This document shows positions 56,996 through 64,000 of a stretch of 64,000 bases of DNA, piece after piece. A program made the position numbers and the translations under genes. Each line of letters starts with the position of its first letter. Position 1 is the stretch's first letter. The stretch is from the human T2T-CHM13v2.0 reference genome, Homo sapiens: assembly GCF_009914755.1 (NCBI RefSeq), contig NC_060931.1; one strand, written 5' to 3'. Under the pieces are notes generated by a model. It was not told the origin of the DNA, did not search any database, and saw nothing but the letters and a program-made list of their open reading frames with translations.

Positions 56996-58279
56996 CTAGG
57001 GTCCAACATGACTCAGGGCCGTGCACCTCCCCTCTTCAGCTAGCTGCAATCTTGGGTCTTTAAGAGAAACCTTGTAAAGGGAAAGGAAGAAGAGTAGAAA
57101 GGTGCTCAGAGCTATGAGCTCACCTGGCCCATGGCAAAGAGGAACTTTCTCTGGGTGCTTCCGTTAGGTATTCAGAGCCTGTACCCCATTACTTTGCATC
57201 TTCTTGGATCAAGGAGAAGGTTTTCTCTTTTGGAAATCACTGTCCACCTCTTTAGCCCCTAAACATCCTGGCTACCTATAGCTTCTCCTTGCTGAGACTT
57301 GTTTATCCTGCCGAGTGGCCATACAGGATAGGATCCAAGATTTAAGACATCCCCATCTGGCTTTCCCTGTTTGAGGTACACAGCTATAAATCTTCTCCTC
57401 CAAACCACAACCATAGCACAAGACCACACGGAGTTGGTATTATTTCTTTACATATTTGTCTTCCCCATAAGACTTTTGAGTGTGGGAAACAAATCATGTT
57501 TGTTTTTGTAACTCTCTCAGCATTTTGCGTGATGCCTGGCACTTAGCAAAGTCTAGGTGGCTGGTTGAGAAAGTGATTAACAAATGAGTAAATGTGCATG
57601 GCAACAAAAGTTTAAATCACAGACCAGCCCTGTAAGAAACTCAATCATTGTGGGATAAACCAGCCATTGGGCCCACAGAGCCACGGGAATTCTTCCTTGC
57701 CCACGTCCTGGTGTCTCCACCAGGCTCTCCAGCTCTCTATCAAGGCTGCAGTGCAGGCCTGAGCCCCACCTAATCATTTGGCAAGCTCCAAGTCTCTGCC
57801 ACGTTCTCATCAGTCCCCTCTTCTGTGATCAAGGTCTATTGCTCCCCAGTTCCCAGACGATGACTGAATGATGACCAAAAATACTCTGGTCTTCTCCCTG
57901 ACTGGCTTGGAGCAGCAACGCCCATCTACGAGTCCCCTTTGCATTCCTATCTGCTGGGTTACATTTCTTATCTAAGGTAAAGTTGGGAAGCTAAACCCAG
58001 ATCTTTTGGAGAACCAGCCACTTCACTCAGAGGCCCCCATTATGCCTGGGAGGTTTGTCTGTCCCCAAATTCTCCTCCTATCTCTCAGTTCTCCTACCCC
58101 TACCACTCAGTTCTTTTTTTGCATACTTTGCTGCTAAGGCTGCCAAGTGATACCATGTCACAGATGAAGGGATTGAGGTGGTGCCATCATATAGGCTCAT
58201 CCACTACAGGGTGCTTATAGTTCTTGAAATTGGCACCAGCCAGAAGAGTGTTTGATGGATAAAGTTTATTTTCTTTTTG

Positions 58280-58603
<324 letters not shown>

Positions 58604-59369
58604 AATGAAGTTTATTTTCACGTTGATTCCCAAGTCTAGGTCTCGAAAATGACATGTCTCAAGACCATAGCCACTTTGGCACTGTAAGGCCATTGTTCCC
58701 CCAGCAATCTGTGTGCAGAGATCTAAGGATGATGGCCCATACACTGAGGCCTCTTGAGTTTGTCTTTAGTCTCCTTTTAGATTCTTTTATAATAGCTTTA
58801 TTGAGACATAATGCACATACTGTGCAATTCACATATTTGAAGTGTACGATTCAATGGTTTTTAGTATATCCACCATCACTGCAATCAATTTTAGAAGATT
58901 TTCATCACCTCATAAAGGAAATTTCTTTTGTTTTATCTCCTGGTATTTCTTTATAGTTATAGACAGATGGTAAAGATGGCTGAAATGTGGGTGGGGAGCA
59001 CAAAGGGGGGTGAGGAAGTTGCATAGTAGGAAAGGGAGAAGGGTCTGCACTGTCCTGCCTGAAGGAACTTACCATAGTGATGATGTGAGCTGTTATGTGC
59101 ACTGAGACGGGAGACCCCCAGACCAATGCATCAGTCACGTGAAGATGGGGGCAGCCTCGGCCCCAGCAGTACGAGGAGTTCACCTTGACCCTTTGAAAAG
59201 CTTACCAACCCCTGTCCTGTGTGATCACTATTACAGAGGATAAACTAGTCATATGGGAAATGGGTCTCAATGTTTCACAGTTTGAGATGCTGAACATCCA
59301 CAAATCCTGTCAAATGACTTCATGGGGATTACAGAAAATCCTATTCAATAATTTTTAAAGGTAACTCTA

Positions 59370-59600
59370 TCTAGATATTATTTAGTGAAGATTCCTTGCC
59401 AGGCAACATCTGAATCACTTAATGTGTACTAACTCATCTGATTCTCACCACAATCTTGGCATGTAAGCCTGATTGCTTTTCCCATTTGACAAATGGGAGA
59501 AGCTAAATAACTTGTCATTGTACTAGAGTGTATACAAGGCAGAGCCAAGATTTGAAGCCAGGCAACGTGGCTCCAGCATCCACATTTCTAACCACTAAAT
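59370..59600. mobile_element. MIR
   Basis: ggcagagccaagatttgaagccaggca..ggctccag...ctaaccacta. Confidence 0.7.
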
Positions 59601-59704
59601 TTTCCATTTCACTAGCTTTCCATTTTGAACCTAGCCACTAACATATGCAGCCCTCATCTTTGCAAATAAAGTTTTAAAATACGGCCTTCTGTAGTAAGTG
59701 ACGC

Positions 59705-59723
59705 TGCCCACCAGGGGGCAGGA
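59705..59723 (+). promoter_or_regulatory. CTCF motif
   Basis: TGCCCACCAGGGGGCAGGA, near-consensus core CCACCAGGGGGCAG in unique DNA. Confidence 0.75.
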
Positions 59724-61611
59724 CTGCCCCACAATGCTCTCAGTCACTCCCTTCATTCACTACAGTCCCTGGCCCACTGAGGTTGTAAATTGAGCTCAAA
59801 CCTTTCTGTGAAAATGCAGGGCAAAGGGCAGAAAGAGGGAACCACTCAGGGGAAATGGCTCACTGGGGACGTGTGTGCACAGAAGTCCTCTCCGTGCCAT
59901 AGCAGAGGACACAGGCTCTGGAATCCCGTGGGCCAAGTTTTCGCAACATTCTGTGCTAGTTGGCTGGATGCCTCTATACAAAGAAATTAAAGCAAAGAGA
60001 AAAGCAGGGGGTAAAGGGGACCATAGAAGAAAAAATTCTTCATATTTTTCTTTGCCTGTCTCCCGACCATAGCCAAATCACTAAACTTTTCTGACCCTGA
60101 CCTTCATGATCTGTAAAATGGGGATGGGCCAGCTGCTATGTGACCCCTGGAGAAGAAACGTCCCGTCAGCAGGGCCCCTCCTGTCAGGGAGAACCTCAGC
60201 CGCCTTCAACAGCTCATTTCCAGGCAGCTAAGGTCACCTCACTCTTCTTGAGCCCTTCAGTGTGGAGCTGCCATTGCAGCTCTAACAAGTTAATCATAAG
60301 CCACCCCTCATGGCGCCAGGGCGAGGCTGTTTATAGACTTATCAACTCATGACACACAGGGTGGTTCACGTGACTTAAGCTTTGAGTCCTATATCTTGGC
60401 CCAGATGGCAGGAAGGATGCTTTGACCCATGACCACTCTGGTTTGTTCCTGGGTTGGACATTCCTTGGGCTTTCTTCAGTAGAGGGAAGCTTGAATACAT
60501 AAACCATAGCTAACATGGGAAGTGCAGACATTGCGTTCTGCAAGCAGTAGGCACTCAACCAATGTCTGCTGTGCTGTCCTAATCGGCTGAATGTGGCACA
60601 GGAATCCAGGAGAGTCGATACGGCCTGGGAAACCATGCAGAATCTCCCCAAGGAGGAGGCACTTCTCCATATTCATTCTACTCTGACCCAAGCACGTGGC
60701 AGGGCTTGCTCTGTTCTTTGCAAAAGAGACAGTTTGATTGACATTTTCCTCACCTCCATCTTTCCTGCTCTAAACCACAAGCCAGACAGACAGAAAGACA
60801 GCTCCATTACTTCAGTGCTGAGCCAGTCTCCGCAAGGAGACAGCCTTACGTTGACCAGGCAGTGGGCTGGCGGGTGAGTGACGAGTGACAGGTGTCAAGT
60901 GTGAACCTGCCTAGGTGCTCCTGAAGCCTGACCCTGGCCTTCTTACACATCCGTCTGGAGGACATTCCCAGTGAAAACTGAATGCCTGCAACTTCATCAG
61001 CCTTTAGGGGAAAAAAATGAAGCCACGTTAACTTATAAAATAATAATAAACTTGGAAGTTAGACATAGAGGAAAGTACACAAATAATAAGGAAAAAGCTC
61101 CATTAATTTTCACAGTGAATACACCCAAATGAAAAAAAAAAAAAAAAAAAAAAAACAGAACAGCATCAGTGCCTCAAAAGCCCCTCTAATATTCCCTCCC
61201 AAACAGCACTGTCTCTTTCCTCCCCAAGAACTGCCATCCTGCCCTCTACTGCCACAGGTTAGTTTTGTCTGATTGTGATATCCATATAAATGAAATTTGA
61301 TAATAAGTACTCTATGACAGGTCTGGCTTTTTTGGCCTGTGGTTATGTCTAAGTTTCATCCGTGTTGTTGAGTGTAGCCACTGATAACACCTAGACCACC
61401 AGGTCTCAACTCAGTCCTTTTAAAGTGGGCCCCAGGTATCTCAGGGCCTCCTCAAGAGGTGCCTTACATGTACTTAAGAATAGGTCTGCCTGAGGCACCA
61501 TGCAACACCAAAAGATCACAGTGCTTCTAGTACTATGGGCTGAGTCAATCAGGCTGCAGAAGGCAGGGAGAGATGCTGAAACTCACTGCTCCAACCCAAC
61601 CCAAGCCACAT

Positions 61612-62085
61612 CTGTTACTGATTTGAGACCTTTCCTCATTTCTAGTGTAAGCATTTAGTGCTATAAATTTCCCTCTCAGCACTACATTAGCTGCATCCCA
61701 TGGATTGTGATATGTTTTATTTTCTACAGAATTCATTCTGTTCTATGTTTTAAAAAAATTATTTTTGAGACTTCTTTGATGGGTTATTTAGAAGAGTGTT
61801 GTTTAATTTCTAAGTAATGAGAAATTGTTAATCTTATTATTATTAAATTTAACTTTTATTCCATTATGATCAGAGAACATGCTCTGGATGATATCCATTT
61901 TTTAAAATTTGTTGAGATTTTTTTCGTGGCTGAGAACATGACCTATCTTGGTGAGTATTCCATGAGTGCTTAAAAAATGCATAATTCTACTATTCTGTGG
62001 AGCATTCTACATACCAATTAGATTCTGTTGGTTGCTTGTGTTGTTCAGTTCTTCTGCATCCTTTCTGACTTGTTGTCTAGTCATT
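61612..62085 (-). mobile_element. Old L1 ORF2 fragment, antisense
   Basis: gcatttagtgctataaatttccctctcagcact..ttagctgcatccca. Confidence 0.85.
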
Positions 62086-64000
62086 TGTCTTAGTCTGTTT
62101 GGGCTGCTATAACAAGAATATTATAGAATTATAAAATGCAAACATTTTTTCTCACAGTTGTGGCGGGTGAGAAGGCCAAGATCAAGATGTCAGCAGATTT
62201 AGTGTCTGGTGAGGGCCCATTCCTCATAGATGGCTCCTTCTAGCTGTGTCTTCACATAGTGGAAGAGGCAAACAAGTTCCCTTGGGCCTCTTTTATAAGG
62301 CCACTAATCCCAGTCATAAAGTCTCTGCCCTCATGACCCAATTACCTCCCAAAGGCCCTATCTTTCAATGCCATCGCATTGAGTATTAGGTTTCAACACA
62401 TAAACTTTAAAGAGACACAAACATTCCAACCATGGCATTCCAACTCTGGCCCCCCCAAATTAATATCCTCCTCACATGCAAAATACATTCATTTCATTTC
62501 AATTTCTCCAAAAGTCTTAACTTGTTCCAGCATCAACTACAAAGTCTAAAGTCCAGAGTCTCATCTATAAATATTATCCAAATCAGATAAGGGTGAGACT
62601 CCAAGGTATATTTTATCCTGAGGCACATTGCTGTCCACCTGTGAACTGTGAAACAAACAAGTTATGTGCTTCCAAAATGCAATGATGGAACAGGCATAGG
62701 ATAGACCTTCCCATTCTGAAGGGAAGAGATAGGAAAGAAAGGAATAACATGTCCTAAGTAAGTTCAAGACCCAACAGGGTAAACAGCACTTAATCTTAAG
62801 GCTTGAGAATAATCCTGTTTGACTTGATGTCCACCTTCTGGACACACTGGGCCAGGCGTTGGACTGCCAAGACCTCAAGCAGCCTTGCCCACATGGCTTT
62901 GCTGGACACAGCTTACATGGCAGCTCTTATGGGTTGCAGCCGCATGCCTGAGGCTCTCCCAGGCTAGAGTTGCAGCCGGCGGCTGCACCTGTCTAACATC
63001 ACTAGAGCCCCTGCTCCTATGGCTCCACTAGGCATTGCCCTAGCCGAGGCTCTCTGCAGTGGCTCTACCTCTGTGGCAGTTATCTGCCTGGGCCCCTAGA
63101 TTCTCTGGTCATCTTTTGAAATCTAGGTGGAGGCAGCTGCACATCCATAGCTCATGTACTCTGTGCACCTGTGGAAATGGTGTCATGCTGATGCCACCAA
63201 GGTTAGCTACCTATATGTCATCTGGGGGGTAGCCTGGTTTCTACTGACCCATACTAATCTCCTAATCAAATGGTCATTTGGTCACACCCTTGACGTTCAC
63301 TACTGAACATGCGATCTCATTTTGTATTAATGCCATACTGCCAGACTAAGAATGTTCCAAATCTTTAAGCTCTGCTTCTCTTTTCATTATAAATTTTGCC
63401 TTTAAATCATTTTCTCTTCTCACATTTTACTATAAGTAGTCAAGAGAAGCCACGCTACTCCTTCAACATCTTGCTTAGATATTTCCTCAGCTAAATATCC
63501 CAGCTTCATCACTCACATCACTCACAAGTTCTACCTTCCTCAAAACATTAGGGCATGGACACAATTCAGCCAAGTTCTTTGCCACTTGTTTCCTTCAGTT
63601 TCCAATACGTGTTCCTCATTTCCATCTGAAACCTCATCAGAATGGCCCTTACCGTCCATATTTCTACTAACATCATGCTCATGACCACTTAGGTATTATC
63701 TAAGAAGAGTGAGACTTTCTCTATGGCTCTCCTTTCCTTCTGTGCTCCCAGCTGAATCCTGTTTACCATTAACAGCAATGTAGGCTTTTTTTAGCATGTA
63801 CCTTAAAACCCCTCCAGCCTCTACACATTACCCAATTCCAAAGCCACTTCCACATTTTTAGATATTTATTATACAATATCCCTAGTCCTTGGTACAAATT
63901 TCTGTCTTAGTGCATTTGGGCTGCTATAATAAAAATATCATAAACTGGGTAGCTTATAAAAACAAACTTCAGTTCTGGAGGTTGGGGAGTCCAAGATTAA
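62086..64000 (-). mobile_element. MaLR provirus (MST-family LTR - internal - LTR), cut by the window edge
   Basis: LTR 62086-62437 (tgtcttagtctgtttgggctgctataaca), MaLR-internal motifs to about 63902, second LTR starts at 63903 (tgtcttagtgcatttgggctgctataat). Confidence 0.85.

Overview
This is primate (human-type) nuclear DNA, not microbial. There are no operons, CRISPR arrays, rRNA or tRNA genes, and no intact protein-coding gene that I can recognise. Much of the window is interspersed repeat: about 20 Alu/FLAM elements, old L1M/L1P fragments, MaLR/ERVL/ERV1/ERVK LTRs (MLT1, MLT2, THE1, MST, MER4, MER11, LTR3, MER54), MER58 and Tigger DNA transposons, and MIR. Nearly all ORFs in the track are repeat-derived or chance. 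The main non-repeat signal is on the minus strand. A CpG-island promoter at about 47.5-48.0 kb is followed by a chain of about 15 exon-like segments running down to about 2.4 kb. They sit in unique sequence, most have canonical AG/GT ends, and many junctions have compatible phases. Translated, they read as a decayed secreted or cell-surface multidomain protein: a frameshifted signal peptide, Cys-rich, Ig-, SRCR-, IPT-, EGF- and FN3-like motifs, and a 961-nt exon with a 200-codon near-open frame. Stops, frameshifts and splice-site mutations are scattered through it. My best reading is an unprocessed (possibly unitary) pseudogene whose promoter may now drive a lncRNA. I could not identify the gene. 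Domain calls are by-eye motif matches, and repeat subfamily names and some boundaries are approximate.
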